64,000 nt of DNA from an uncultured Acidobacteriota bacterium (GTDB taxonomy: Bacteria > Acidobacteriota > Vicinamibacteria > Fen-336), in contig CAYTWT010000293.1 of assembly GCA_964442185.1 (NCBI GenBank), positions 17,902 through 81,901 of the forward strand. The letters run 5' to 3'. The translations under genes were made by a program, and so were the position numbers. The notes below the pieces were generated by a model. It saw nothing but the letters and a program-made list of their open reading frames with translations. It searched no databases and was not told the origin of the DNA. Each line of letters starts with the position of its first letter. Within the stretch, counting starts at the first letter, position 1. Below are positions 32,250 to 42,054 of the stretch, one piece after another.

Positions 32250-33323
32250 GTGATCCGGCGCGTCCCGCAGCTGCTGGCCGCGCTGTCCTACGGCGATGCG
32301 ATCGGCAACGAGGCCCTCGCCATTCAGCGTCACTTGCGTGCGGCCGGTTACGAATCTGACATCTTCGCCGAGCGCGTGCACCCGCGGATGGCGCGCCTGG
32401 CGCGGCCGCTTCACGAGTACCGCGAGGTCTCGTCGCCGGAAACCGTCTGTCTGTTCCATTTCTCGATCGGCAGTGCGGCAGGGCGGATGGCCTTCCACGC
32501 CCCCGATCGGCTCGTCGCCATCTACCACAACATCACGCCCGCCGAGTTCTTCCTGGGCTTCCAGCCGCACCTCGCGGGTCTGTGCTATCACGGGCGGCGG
32601 GAGCTCGCGGCATTTGCTCCGCGCACCGCGCTGGGCCTGGGCGACAGCGAGTTCAACCGGCGCGAGTTGCAGGCTGCCGGGTACCGCCGGACTGAGGTGT
32701 TGCCGATTGTTCTCGATCTCGAACGCTATCGTCAGCCCGCCTCGCCGGTCGTGCGCGGCCTCTACAGCGACGGCCGGAAGAATCTGCTATTCGTCGGCCG
32801 AATCATCCCCAACAAAAAGATCGAGGACCTGCTCCGCGTCTTTGCGATCTATCAACGCTATCTCGAGCCTCGCAGTCGCCTGCTGCTGGTCGGCGAGTCT
32901 CGTGGCTTCGAGCGCTACCAGCGCCGCTTGCGCGAAAGGGCGGCGGCGCTCCGGCTCGACAACGTGGTCTTCGCCGGCCACGTCGACGACGACGACCTGC
33001 GAGCCTACTATTCCGTGGCCGACGTCTTCTTGTGCCTGTCGGAACACGAGGGCTTCTGCGTGCCGCTCGTCGAGGCCATGAACTTCGGCGTGCCTGTCGT
33101 GGCGTTCGACGCAGGGGCCGTGGCTGAGACACTGCGCGGCGGCGGTGTGCTCCTGAAAGAGAAGCAACCGGAGGTCGTGGCGGAGCTGGTCCACCGGGTC
33201 CTGACCGACGCAGCGTTGCGCTCCGCCGTGATGGGCACGCAAGAACGAGCGCTGGCCGAGGTCCGGGCGACCGATTTCGGCGCCCTCCTGCGCGAGCGCC
33301 TCGCGCCGGCCCTGGTCTCATGA
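32250..33323 (+). CDS. GT4-family glycosyltransferase (type B paralogue 1)
   Basis: GT4 C-terminal motif CLSEHEGFCVPLVEAM; GTG start 3 bp after previous stop. Confidence 0.8.
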   Translation: MIRRVPQLLAALSYGDAIGNEALAIQRHLRAAGYESDIFAERVHPRMARLARPLHEYREVSSPETVCLFHFSIGSAAGRMAFHAPDRLVAIYHNITPAEFFLGFQPHLAGLCYHGRRELAAFAPRTALGLGDSEFNRRELQAAGYRRTEVLPIVLDLERYRQPASPVVRGLYSDGRKNLLFVGRIIPNKKIEDLLRVFAIYQRYLEPRSRLLLVGESRGFERYQRRLRERAAALRLDNVVFAGHVDDDDLRAYYSVADVFLCLSEHEGFCVPLVEAMNFGVPVVAFDAGAVAETLRGGGVLLKEKQPEVVAELVHRVLTDAALRSAVMGTQERALAEVRATDFGALLRERLAPALVS

Positions 33324-34402
33324 GCGCCTCTCGCCGGGCGGTCCATCAGCTCCTGGGGGCGCTCCACGCCGGCGACGCCGTGGGGCACGAAGCCCTCGTG
33401 ATCCGCGACACGCTGCGTGGCGCCGGGCATGTTTCAGAGATCTTCGCGGGCTTCATCGACCCGGAGCTCACGGCCGAGGCGCGGCCCCTTTCCGGCTACG
33501 CGGCGGTCTCGGGACCCGAAAGCGTCTGCCTGTTTCACTTCGCGCCGGAGAGCCCCGCCGCGCGGCTCGCGCTGGCCGTGCCCGATCGACTGGCGCTCGT
33601 GTTCCACAACATGACCCCGGCGGCGTTCCTGGCGCGCTTCGATGCCGGCCTGGCGCGCGCTCACATCCTGGGTCTGGGGCAGCTGCGCGCGTTCGCCTCG
33701 CGCGCGCGCCTGGCGCTGGCTCACAGCGATTTCAGTCGTCGTGACCTCGTGAGGGCGGGCTTCGCGGAGCGTGCGCGGGTGGTGCCCTTCGCCGTGGACC
33801 TTCGCGAGAAGCGACCGGCGGCTGCGCCCGTACTCCGCACGCTGTTCGCCGACGGGCACAGGAACCTGCTGTTCGTGGGCCGCATCGCTCCGAACAAGCG
33901 GATCGAGGACCTGTTGCGTGTGTTTGCCGCCTACCGGCGCCTGGCAGGCAAGCGCAGCCGCCTGCTGCTCGTCGGCGACACCACTGGCTTCCCCCGGTAC
34001 GTGCAGAGCCTGCACGCGCTGACCCGAGAGCTGCGCCTCGACGACGTCGTGTTCAGCGGTCACGCGAACGAAGCCGAGCTTCAGGCGTACTACTCCGTGG
34101 CAGCAGCCTTCGTGTGCCTCTCCGAGCATGAAGGCTTCGGCGTGCCCTTGCTCGAAGCCATGCTCTGGGACGTGCCGGTGCTGGCCTTCGACGCGGCGGC
34201 GGTGGCCGAGACGATGCGGGGTGGCGGTGTGCTGCTCCGGGACAAGCGTCCGGCGCTTGTCGCCGAGCTTCTGAACGAGATCCTGAGTCGGCCGGCTCTG
34301 CGCGAAGCCGTGCTCACGACGCAGCGGCGCGCGCTGGCGCAGTGGCGGGCGATCGACTTTGGCGCGCGGCTGCTCGCAGAGCTTCGACCACTGGTGGCGT
34401 GA
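33320..34402 (+). CDS. GT4-family glycosyltransferase (type B paralogue 2)
   Basis: CLSEHEGFGVPLLEAM; ATGA overlap with upstream gene. Confidence 0.8.
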   Translation: MSASRRAVHQLLGALHAGDAVGHEALVIRDTLRGAGHVSEIFAGFIDPELTAEARPLSGYAAVSGPESVCLFHFAPESPAARLALAVPDRLALVFHNMTPAAFLARFDAGLARAHILGLGQLRAFASRARLALAHSDFSRRDLVRAGFAERARVVPFAVDLREKRPAAAPVLRTLFADGHRNLLFVGRIAPNKRIEDLLRVFAAYRRLAGKRSRLLLVGDTTGFPRYVQSLHALTRELRLDDVVFSGHANEAELQAYYSVAAAFVCLSEHEGFGVPLLEAMLWDVPVLAFDAAAVAETMRGGGVLLRDKRPALVAELLNEILSRPALREAVLTTQRRALAQWRAIDFGARLLAELRPLVA

Positions 34403-35502
34403 TGGCGCGCCCCAGCCGCGTCGATCAGTGGGTCCCCGCCCTCCACCGCGGCGACGCGATCGGAGACTCGACGCTGCTGATGCGCGACGCGTTCCGCTCC
34501 TGGGGCCTAGCGGCCGAGGTGTACACGCTCGACGTCGACGACGAAGTTGCCTCCCAGGCCAGGCGCTTCTCGGCCTGGAAGGCGGGCGGCCCGGACGATG
34601 TGGTGATCCTCCACTATGCTCTGCCCTCGCGCCTGAGCGGGGCGTTCCGCGAGTTGCGCTGCCGGCGCGTGCTGCTGCACCACAACATCACGCCGCCAGC
34701 GTTCTATGCGCCGTACGACCCGGAGCTGGCAGGGATCTGTGCGCTGGGGCAAGCGGAAGTCCGCAGCCTCACTGCTCACGCAGAACTGGCGCTGGGCGAC
34801 AGCGAGTGGACCCGTCAGGAGCTCGAACGGATGGGCTTCGCGCGCACCGGCGTGCTGCCGATCCTGCTCGATTTTGAGCGCTACGCGGAAGCCCCCGGGG
34901 CCGTTCTGTCGCGGGCGCTGGGCGACGAACGGGTCAATCTTCTGTTTGTCGGCCGTGTCGCTCCGAACAAGCGCCACGAAGACTTGATCCGCGTCGCATC
35001 CTATTGGAAGCGCTTCATCGCATCGGACGTGCGCCTGCTGCTCGTGGGCAAGCGGCCGCGCCGCGAGACTGGCAATGGCCTGCCGCTGCGCAAGCACTAT
35101 CTCGACGCGCTCCAGTCGTTCCACTACGAGGAAGGCCTGGACGCGACGGAAGTGGTCTTCACGGGCCACGTACCCCACGACGACCTGCTCGCCTGCTACT
35201 CGCGCTCCCGCGTGTTCCTTTCGATGAGCGAACACGAGGGCTTCGGCGTGCCGCTCGTCGAGGCGATGCTGATGAACGTGCCAGTGCTGGCATTTCGCGC
35301 AAGCGCCGTGGGCGACACGCTCGGCGACGCGGGTTTGCAGTTTGGCGAGAAGTGCTTTGCCGAGGTCGCGGAGCTCTGCCATCAGCTTGCGACAGACGAG
35401 TCGTTGCGCGCGAGCGTTCTCGCGGGGCAGCGCCGCCGCCTGGAGGCGTTCGCGCCCGCCGCCGTTGAGGCGACGCTGCGGCGCCACCTGGAGTCGCTGT
35501 GA
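34402..35502 (+). CDS. GT4-family glycosyltransferase (type B paralogue 3)
   Basis: Start ATG overlapping previous TGA (TGATG); SMSEHEGFGVPLVEAM. Confidence 0.8.
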   Translation: MARPSRVDQWVPALHRGDAIGDSTLLMRDAFRSWGLAAEVYTLDVDDEVASQARRFSAWKAGGPDDVVILHYALPSRLSGAFRELRCRRVLLHHNITPPAFYAPYDPELAGICALGQAEVRSLTAHAELALGDSEWTRQELERMGFARTGVLPILLDFERYAEAPGAVLSRALGDERVNLLFVGRVAPNKRHEDLIRVASYWKRFIASDVRLLLVGKRPRRETGNGLPLRKHYLDALQSFHYEEGLDATEVVFTGHVPHDDLLACYSRSRVFLSMSEHEGFGVPLVEAMLMNVPVLAFRASAVGDTLGDAGLQFGEKCFAEVAELCHQLATDESLRASVLAGQRRRLEAFAPAAVEATLRRHLESL

Positions 35503-36701
35503 GCCGCAAGCCGCGGGTCGCGATCGTCATCCAGCGCTACGGAGCGGAGATCGCAGGGGGCTCCGAGTCCCTGGCTCGGGCGGTCGCCGAACGCCTGACG
35601 AGCGATCACGAGGTGACCGTGCTGACGACGTGCGCGCGCGACTACGTGAGCTGGAAGAACGAGCTGCCGGAGGGAGCACAGGGCGAGAACGGCGTCGAGG
35701 TCCTGCGTTTTCCCGTCGAGCAAGAGCGCGATCTGGCGTCGTTCAACCGCATCTCCGAGAGGCTATACGCCGGCGCACGCACTGAGACCGAGGAACTCGA
35801 CTGGCTCCGAAAACAGGGACCCGACGTGCCACGACTCGTCCAGCGCCTCGAAGCGGATCGTGATCGTTACGATGCTGTGTTCTTCTTCACGTACTTGTAC
35901 TTCCCGACGTACTGGGGCTTGCGGGCGGCGGCGGAGCGCTCGATTCTGGTTCCCACCGCTCACGACGAGCCACCGCTGGGGTTTTCGATCTATCGTCGCG
36001 TCTTCGAGGCTCCGCGGGCCTTCGTGTTCTGCTCTTCCCCGGAACGGGAGCTGGTCCGCCGGCGTTTCGAGATTGGCGCGCGACCCGAGGAGGTGGCGGG
36101 GATCGGCGTCGAGGTTCCCGCGGCTGCCGATGTCGAGGGCTTCCGTATCCGCCACGAGGTCCGCGGCCCTTACGCGCTTTACGCCGGCCGCATCGATGCT
36201 GGCAAGGGTTGCGATGAGATGCTCGAATTCTTCGGCCGTTACCGTGCGAGCGTCCGTGGGGGCGTGCAGCTGCTCTTGATCGGGCGACTCGCCATGCCCG
36301 AGCCCCGCGTTCCGGGCGTGCGCTACCTCGGCTACTTGGGCGAGGCGGAGAAGTTCGCGGCGCTGGCTGGGGCGAGCGCCGTCGTCTGCCCCAGCTCCCT
36401 CGAAAGCCTGTCGATCGTCCTGCTCGAGGCAATGGCCTACGGCACTCCGGTTCTTGCAACCGCGCGCTCGGCCGTGCTCGAGGACCATTGCCAGCGCTCG
36501 AACGCGGGGTTGTTCTATCGGGACGCGCCCGAGTTCGTGGAGGCGCTCGACCTCCTGGCCACGCAGCGCGACCTGGCGCGGGCGCTCGGCGAGAACGGGC
36601 GACGCTACGTGACCGAAGGCTATCGTTGGGACGTGGTGATGGAAAAGTACCGCCGGGCGATCGCCGCGGTGCGCACGGCTCCATACCCGCCGAGCTTCTA
36701 A
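35499..36701 (+). CDS. GT4-family glycosyltransferase (type A paralogue 2)
   Basis: N-terminus VIQRYGAEIAGGSESL paralogous to 31059..32246; GTGA overlap. Confidence 0.8.
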   Translation: MSRKPRVAIVIQRYGAEIAGGSESLARAVAERLTSDHEVTVLTTCARDYVSWKNELPEGAQGENGVEVLRFPVEQERDLASFNRISERLYAGARTETEELDWLRKQGPDVPRLVQRLEADRDRYDAVFFFTYLYFPTYWGLRAAAERSILVPTAHDEPPLGFSIYRRVFEAPRAFVFCSSPERELVRRRFEIGARPEEVAGIGVEVPAAADVEGFRIRHEVRGPYALYAGRIDAGKGCDEMLEFFGRYRASVRGGVQLLLIGRLAMPEPRVPGVRYLGYLGEAEKFAALAGASAVVCPSSLESLSIVLLEAMAYGTPVLATARSAVLEDHCQRSNAGLFYRDAPEFVEALDLLATQRDLARALGENGRRYVTEGYRWDVVMEKYRRAIAAVRTAPYPPSF

Positions 36702-37534
36702 CGCAAGGTCCTCAACAGCTCGAGCAACGCCTCGGTCGTCGGGGCGCCCTTGAGGATCGAGGCCGCCCGTGCAATCTGGTTGACGGCTTCCTCGATCGCT
36801 TCGGCGCCAGCCCCTTTTTCGATCTCGCCCTTTGCCCTGGCGTAGTGCTTGTTCACGACGCTCTCGCCCACGGAGCCGAGCAGATTGTTGCAGGCATCGC
36901 GCACTGTGAGCAGCTTCGCGAGCAGTTCGCCGCTCGCGGGGCCCCCGGCGGCCAGCCTGCCCGCGGCCCCCGGCTTTGCGGCGGTCCCGGCGAGAACGGT
37001 TTCCCGCAGCCGGATCAGCCCGGTGGCGATCAGGCCGTAGAGGATCTTGGCGGCGTCGAACACGGAAAGGCCGCTCGCCAGCGCGATCTGCTTGATCGAG
37101 CGCGTGGCATCGATCTTCGACAGGACCAACCACTCGCTCGTGTTCAGGTTGATCTGGCCCTCTCGCGTTTCCTGCACTACGAACTCCGGCACCAGTTCGG
37201 TCGAAGGGATCTTCTTGGAGAGCACCCGCCACTCGTCGAGCCGCCGCGCCGCCTCCATGAGCAGGTTGGTGTTGCTCTTGGAGATGGTGCGTAGCTCCGT
37301 CGAGATGCCGGGCTCGAACTTGAAGTCACCCCGGCTCCAGATCGCGAGCGCATAGACCGCTTCCTCACCCGTGGCGTCTTCGAGCTGGGCATGGACGATC
37401 TTCCCGTCGTTCAGGTAGATCTGGCCCTTGAGCGCGCCGTCGGTGAGGTGGAACAGGCCCGTTTTCCCACTGACGCTTATGAGCTGGATGATGTCCGGTA
37501 GATGAAGTTCCGCGAGCGAGCCCTGGAAGGCCAT
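36698..37534 (-). CDS. DUF4388-domain protein
   Basis: N-terminal GSLAELHLPDIIQLISVSGKTGLFHL...GKIVHA DUF4388 signature; last gene of HK-RR operon. Confidence 0.75.
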   Translation of the reverse strand: MAFQGSLAELHLPDIIQLISVSGKTGLFHLTDGALKGQIYLNDGKIVHAQLEDATGEEAVYALAIWSRGDFKFEPGISTELRTISKSNTNLLMEAARRLDEWRVLSKKIPSTELVPEFVVQETREGQINLNTSEWLVLSKIDATRSIKQIALASGLSVFDAAKILYGLIATGLIRLRETVLAGTAAKPGAAGRLAAGGPASGELLAKLLTVRDACNNLLGSVGESVVNKHYARAKGEIEKGAGAEAIEEAVNQIARAASILKGAPTTEALLELLRTLR

Positions 37535-37613
37535 ATCAGAAGGCTCTAAACCTCAGAATTGTCTGCCAATTAGAAGAGGCGAGGTTATCAAGGCGCAAAG
37601 GCGCCTGTCAAGA

Positions 37614-39068
37614 TCAGGCCGGCGTTGGCTTGGCCTGGCTCAGTTCCACTTCACGGCTTGCGGGGTGGCCGCTGCGCCTCTCGCGCTCGCGGGGAATCGC
37701 GATGTTGTGACGCTTGATCATCTCGTTCAGAGTCGTGGGCTTCAGGCCCAGGAGCCGGGCGGCTTCCTTCTGCACGCCGCGGGTCGACTCCAGGGTCGAC
37801 TCGATCAGACGCCGCTCGAAGCTCGCGATCACGTCCTTGAAGCTGATGCCCTCGGGCGGCACAGTCAGGTGCGGCACGTGGAAAACCGGGGCGCTACGCA
37901 CGTGGTCGGGGATGATGTCGCGCTCGATTTGCATGTCGGTGGTGAGCACGACGCCACGCTCGATCACGTTTTCGAGCTCGCGCACGTTGCCCGGCCAGTC
38001 GTAGTCCATCAGCACCTGAAGCGCTCCGGGTGCGACACCCGTCACGGTCTTGCCGTTCTCGCCCGCATACTTGTCGACGAAGTGCATGGCGAGGGCCGGG
38101 ATATCCTCTTTGCGCTGGCGCAGTGGCGGGAGCTGGATCGCGATGACGTTCAGGCGGTAGTAGAGATCCTCGCGAAAACGGCCCTCTTCCACAGCGCGGC
38201 GCAGGTCGATGTTGGTCGCGGCCACGATCCGCACGTCGACCTTGACCGTCTCGACGCCACCGAGGCGCATGAACTCACGCTCCTGCATCACGCGTAGCAG
38301 CTTGGCCTGGGTCTCGAGCGGGATGTTGCCGATTTCGTCGAAGAAGAGCGTGCCCTTGTCCGCCAGCTCGAAGAGGCCCTTCTTTGCGTACACCGCGCCG
38401 GTGAAGGCGCCCTTCACGTGGCCGAAGAGGTTGGACTCGAGCAACTCATGGGGAAGGCTTCCGGAGTTGACCACGATGAAGGGCCGTTCAGCACGCGGGC
38501 TGTTGGCGTGGATAGCCTTGGCCACCAACTCCTTGCCGGTGCCGCTTTCGCCGACCACCAGGATCGTCGAGCGCGAGGGAGCCGCCTGCGAGATCAGACC
38601 AAAGACCTGCTGCATCCGCTGGCTCTTCCCGATGATCTCGGTAAAACGCGCCTGGTCGCGCAAAGCGGTGCGCAGTTGGCGGTTCTCGTCCTGCAGATGC
38701 CGCTGCTTGAGCGCGTTCCGCAGGATGTGCAATACCTCTTCGTGCTTGAAGGGCTTCGTGACGTAGTCGAAGGCGCCCTTCTTCATGGCGGTGATCGCGG
38801 TCTCGACGGAGGCATAGGCGGTGATCATCAGCACGACGAGATCGGGATCCACGCGCTTCAGCTCCTCGAGCACCTCGAGGCCGCCAAGCTCCGGCAGCAT
38901 CACGTCCACGATGGCCGCGTCGAAGCCGGCCTTGCGGGCGAGTGAGAGGCCTTCGACCCCAGTCTCGGCCAGCGTCACCCGGTAGCCCGACTGGGTCAGC
39001 AGTGTCGTGAGCACGTCGCGCATCACCTCTTCGTCGTCGACGACGAGGATGGATTCGCCCTTGCTCAC
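37614..39068 (-). CDS. Sigma-54-dependent response regulator (NtrC family: REC + AAA+ + HTH)
   Basis: REC Asp (IVDVMLPE), GESGTGKE Walker A, GAFTGA sigma-54 contact motif, C-terminal Fis-type HTH. Confidence 0.9.
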   Translation of the reverse strand: MSKGESILVVDDEEVMRDVLTTLLTQSGYRVTLAETGVEGLSLARKAGFDAAIVDVMLPELGGLEVLEELKRVDPDLVVLMITAYASVETAITAMKKGAFDYVTKPFKHEEVLHILRNALKQRHLQDENRQLRTALRDQARFTEIIGKSQRMQQVFGLISQAAPSRSTILVVGESGTGKELVAKAIHANSPRAERPFIVVNSGSLPHELLESNLFGHVKGAFTGAVYAKKGLFELADKGTLFFDEIGNIPLETQAKLLRVMQEREFMRLGGVETVKVDVRIVAATNIDLRRAVEEGRFREDLYYRLNVIAIQLPPLRQRKEDIPALAMHFVDKYAGENGKTVTGVAPGALQVLMDYDWPGNVRELENVIERGVVLTTDMQIERDIIPDHVRSAPVFHVPHLTVPPEGISFKDVIASFERRLIESTLESTRGVQKEAARLLGLKPTTLNEMIKRHNIAIPRERERRSGHPASREVELSQAKPTPA

Positions 39069-41893
39069 CGTTGGGCGGCCTCGGCTACGAGGGCAGCCGG
39101 AAGTGCGACCTGGAACGTCGTGCCCGTGCCCGGCGCCGACTCCACGAAGATCGCGCCACCGTGCTCCTGGACGATGCCGTAGGAAACCGAGAGGCCGAGG
39201 CCGGTTCCGCGCCCGATGCCCTTGGTCGTGAAGAACGGGTCGTAGATGCGCTTGACGTCCTCACGCTTGATGCCGTGACCGGTGTCGCGCACCTCCACGA
39301 TCACCGTGTCGTCGTCGTCGGCGCGCGTCGCGATCGTGAGCCAGCCGCCCTTGGGCATGGCATCGCGGGCGTTCAGAATCAGGTTGAAGAACACCTGCTG
39401 AATGCGGTTCTCGTTGCCACGAATCGCAGGCAGGTCCTCGGCCATCTCCCGCACCACGCGGATGCGCGCCTTGTCCAGCTGGTGCTCGAGCAGCGACAAC
39501 ACCTCGAGCAGCGTCTTGTTCACGTCGAGGATTTCGAACTCGGAGCTCGAGGAGCGCGCGAAGTTCAAGAGGTTGTTGATGATCCTGGCCGCGCGGAAAG
39601 TCTGCTTCTCGATCTTATCGAGGAGCGGGAAGCGCAGGTCTTCGGGTTGCACCTGTTCTTTCAGCATCTGGGTGTAGGACGAGATGCCGGTGAGCGGGGT
39701 GTTCACCTCGTGGGCGACACCCGCCGCGAGCAGGCCGATCGAGGCCATCTTCTCCGAGTGCTGCAGCTGTTCTTCGAGGCGCACCCGCCCCGTGACGTCC
39801 TCGAGGATCAGCACCGTTCCGTGGCGCTCGCCCGAGACGACCTCGAAGGGCGCGATCGAGACGTTCACCATCAGGCTCCGGCCGTCGGCTGCCGGTAGGT
39901 GCAGCTTGTAAATGTGCGCGATCTCCTCGTGATCCTCGAGCACCAGGCTCCCGCGCAGCGCTTCGAGAAACGCGGCCGGGAAGATCTCGTCCAGGGTGCG
40001 TCCAAGTACCTCCCCGCGCTTCCGGCCGTAGAGCGATTCCATCGCCTTGTTCCAGCGCGCCACGGCGCCGTCGAGGTCGAGGACCAGGATCCCCGAGTCC
40101 ATGCTTTCGAGGATGTTCTGGTTGTATTCCGTGAGACGCTGCAACTCCTCGGCCTTCTCGCGCAGGCTCTTGTAGAGCCGGCCATTCATGAACGCCGTGG
40201 CGGCCTGACCGGCGAGGGCCTGGAGGACGTCGACCTCCTCACTGTTCAGCGTATCGAAGCCGTCCTTGCGGCCGATACCCAGTACCGCGATCACCTCGCC
40301 CTTCACCCGGCAAGGGAAGTAGTAGACGAAATCGAGCGGCCCGGCTTCGGGGAACGACTCGCCCGTGGCCTCGGCGTTCACGGGCTCGCCATGCGCAAGA
40401 CGCCGCAGCAGCGCGCCCCCGCGCGGCAGCCGTACGGTCTCGTTTTCCGGTGCGCAACCGCGCGACTCGAAAATCGAGAACGAGCCGTCGGCCTCCGGCA
40501 GGAAGGCGGCCACCGACGAGACGCGCAGCGCGGTGCCGACGCCTTCGAGCAGCCGAGCGGTCATCGAGTGCAGATCCAGGTCGGAGTTGAGGTCTTGCGA
40601 GAGGCGCAGCAGGGCCCGGCGTGGGCTCTCCCGCTCGCGGTAGAGCAGCTTGTCGATTACGTCCTGGATGCGGCTCTTGACGGGCGGGAAGAGCAACACC
40701 ACGACCAGCGTCGAGAGAATCGCGATGACGGTGACGTGGGGCTCCTCGTCGCCCGTGACGAACGAACCGAGCAGGCCGACGACCAGCAGGCAGATGCCGA
40801 CGATCGCGGCCGTGGCGAGGACGTAGACGAGCGAGCGTCGGAAGATCAGTTCGACGTCCATCAGCCGGTGTTTCACGACCGCGTAGGCGAGCGACAACGG
40901 GATGAGCGCCAGCGGGATGTAGCCAGCCAGCTCCATCGCAAAGCGCGGCTCACGCCCCAGCGCGAAGGGGATCGCGTAGAACAGGAAGAACGGGAGCACC
41001 CCGGCGCCGGTGCCCCACACCAGCCACTTCATCTGCTTGCGCGCCGTAAGGGAGCGGGTCTTGCGGTAGGAATCAAGCAGGATGCCGAAGGAGACCGCGA
41101 ACAGGAAGCCGAAGTAGAATGGCTTGCTGCGATCGATCGCCGCGGTGATCCGCCACAGCACCTCGCCCCCGGGCGTCGTCACGAACAGCACCTGGCTCGC
41201 GACGGCGGCGCCCGCCAAGGCCAGCGCGGGCATGTACGCGGCGGGCACGAGCCAGGCGCGGGACGAGGGCAGCCGCCTTTCCGGGAACGAGATGCAGAAA
41301 TGCAGGAAAACGACTGGCAGCAACAGGATCGCCAGGTGGTCGGTCCACAGCAGCGTCCAGTCGGCAAGGTTGAGCCGCCCCGTGTAGGACGTTGAGTACA
41401 TCAGGAAGAACAGCAGGCAGATCGCGTAGAAGTGGAGCGCCGCGCGGTCGGGCGGCCGGCGCAGCATCACGATCGTGCCGACGATCAAGCTGAAGAAGCC
41501 GACCAGCGAGAGATAGTAGAAGAGCGTTACGTTGCCCTTGCTGAGCGGCTTCACCGTGACTTCGAGCGAGCGACGCTCGTCGGCGCGCAGCAGCGAGTAC
41601 TGGACGTGGTCCCCGGCGGCGCGCCGCGCCAACCGCGCCTGGACCTGCGTTTGGGCGAGCACCTCGTCGCCATCGAGTGCTAGGAGCACGTCGCCGACCC
41701 GCACTCCGGAGAGGGCAGCGGGTCCACCGGATGCCACGCGAGCGGCGACAACGCCGGCGGCCCCGTTCTTCCAGAACACACCGTCGTCGAGCAGCGTCCA
41801 GGTCGCTTTCAGGAAGATGTTGTAGACCCCGAGGCTGGTGAGCAGCAGTGCCACCGCAAGAACAGCGAAGTTGCGGACCCGGGACCCCTTCAT
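39065..41893 (-). CDS. Sensor histidine kinase: N-terminal TM + periplasmic PDZ + ~8-TM block + GAF + PAS + HisKA + HATPase_c
   Basis: Start at ATG MKGSRVRNFAVLAV; PDZ-like GVRVGDVLLALDGDEV; H-box HEVNTPL; N, G1, G2 boxes; overlaps RR start by 4 bp. Confidence 0.85.
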   Translation of the reverse strand: MKGSRVRNFAVLAVALLLTSLGVYNIFLKATWTLLDDGVFWKNGAAGVVAARVASGGPAALSGVRVGDVLLALDGDEVLAQTQVQARLARRAAGDHVQYSLLRADERRSLEVTVKPLSKGNVTLFYYLSLVGFFSLIVGTIVMLRRPPDRAALHFYAICLLFFLMYSTSYTGRLNLADWTLLWTDHLAILLLPVVFLHFCISFPERRLPSSRAWLVPAAYMPALALAGAAVASQVLFVTTPGGEVLWRITAAIDRSKPFYFGFLFAVSFGILLDSYRKTRSLTARKQMKWLVWGTGAGVLPFFLFYAIPFALGREPRFAMELAGYIPLALIPLSLAYAVVKHRLMDVELIFRRSLVYVLATAAIVGICLLVVGLLGSFVTGDEEPHVTVIAILSTLVVVLLFPPVKSRIQDVIDKLLYRERESPRRALLRLSQDLNSDLDLHSMTARLLEGVGTALRVSSVAAFLPEADGSFSIFESRGCAPENETVRLPRGGALLRRLAHGEPVNAEATGESFPEAGPLDFVYYFPCRVKGEVIAVLGIGRKDGFDTLNSEEVDVLQALAGQAATAFMNGRLYKSLREKAEELQRLTEYNQNILESMDSGILVLDLDGAVARWNKAMESLYGRKRGEVLGRTLDEIFPAAFLEALRGSLVLEDHEEIAHIYKLHLPAADGRSLMVNVSIAPFEVVSGERHGTVLILEDVTGRVRLEEQLQHSEKMASIGLLAAGVAHEVNTPLTGISSYTQMLKEQVQPEDLRFPLLDKIEKQTFRAARIINNLLNFARSSSSEFEILDVNKTLLEVLSLLEHQLDKARIRVVREMAEDLPAIRGNENRIQQVFFNLILNARDAMPKGGWLTIATRADDDDTVIVEVRDTGHGIKREDVKRIYDPFFTTKGIGRGTGLGLSVSYGIVQEHGGAIFVESAPGTGTTFQVALPAALVAEAAQR

Positions 41894-42054
41894 GCGCTTA
41901 GACTGAATCCACCCGGCTGCAATCGGCATGCCGCAATCGAGGCGGACTCGCACGCGTAAGGCGCTGATATCACACAGACTTCCCCCCTCATTCGGGGCTG
42001 CGAATCCGGATTCACGGAATCGAAGTTCATTGCGTTGGAGTGCCAGTCCGATCA

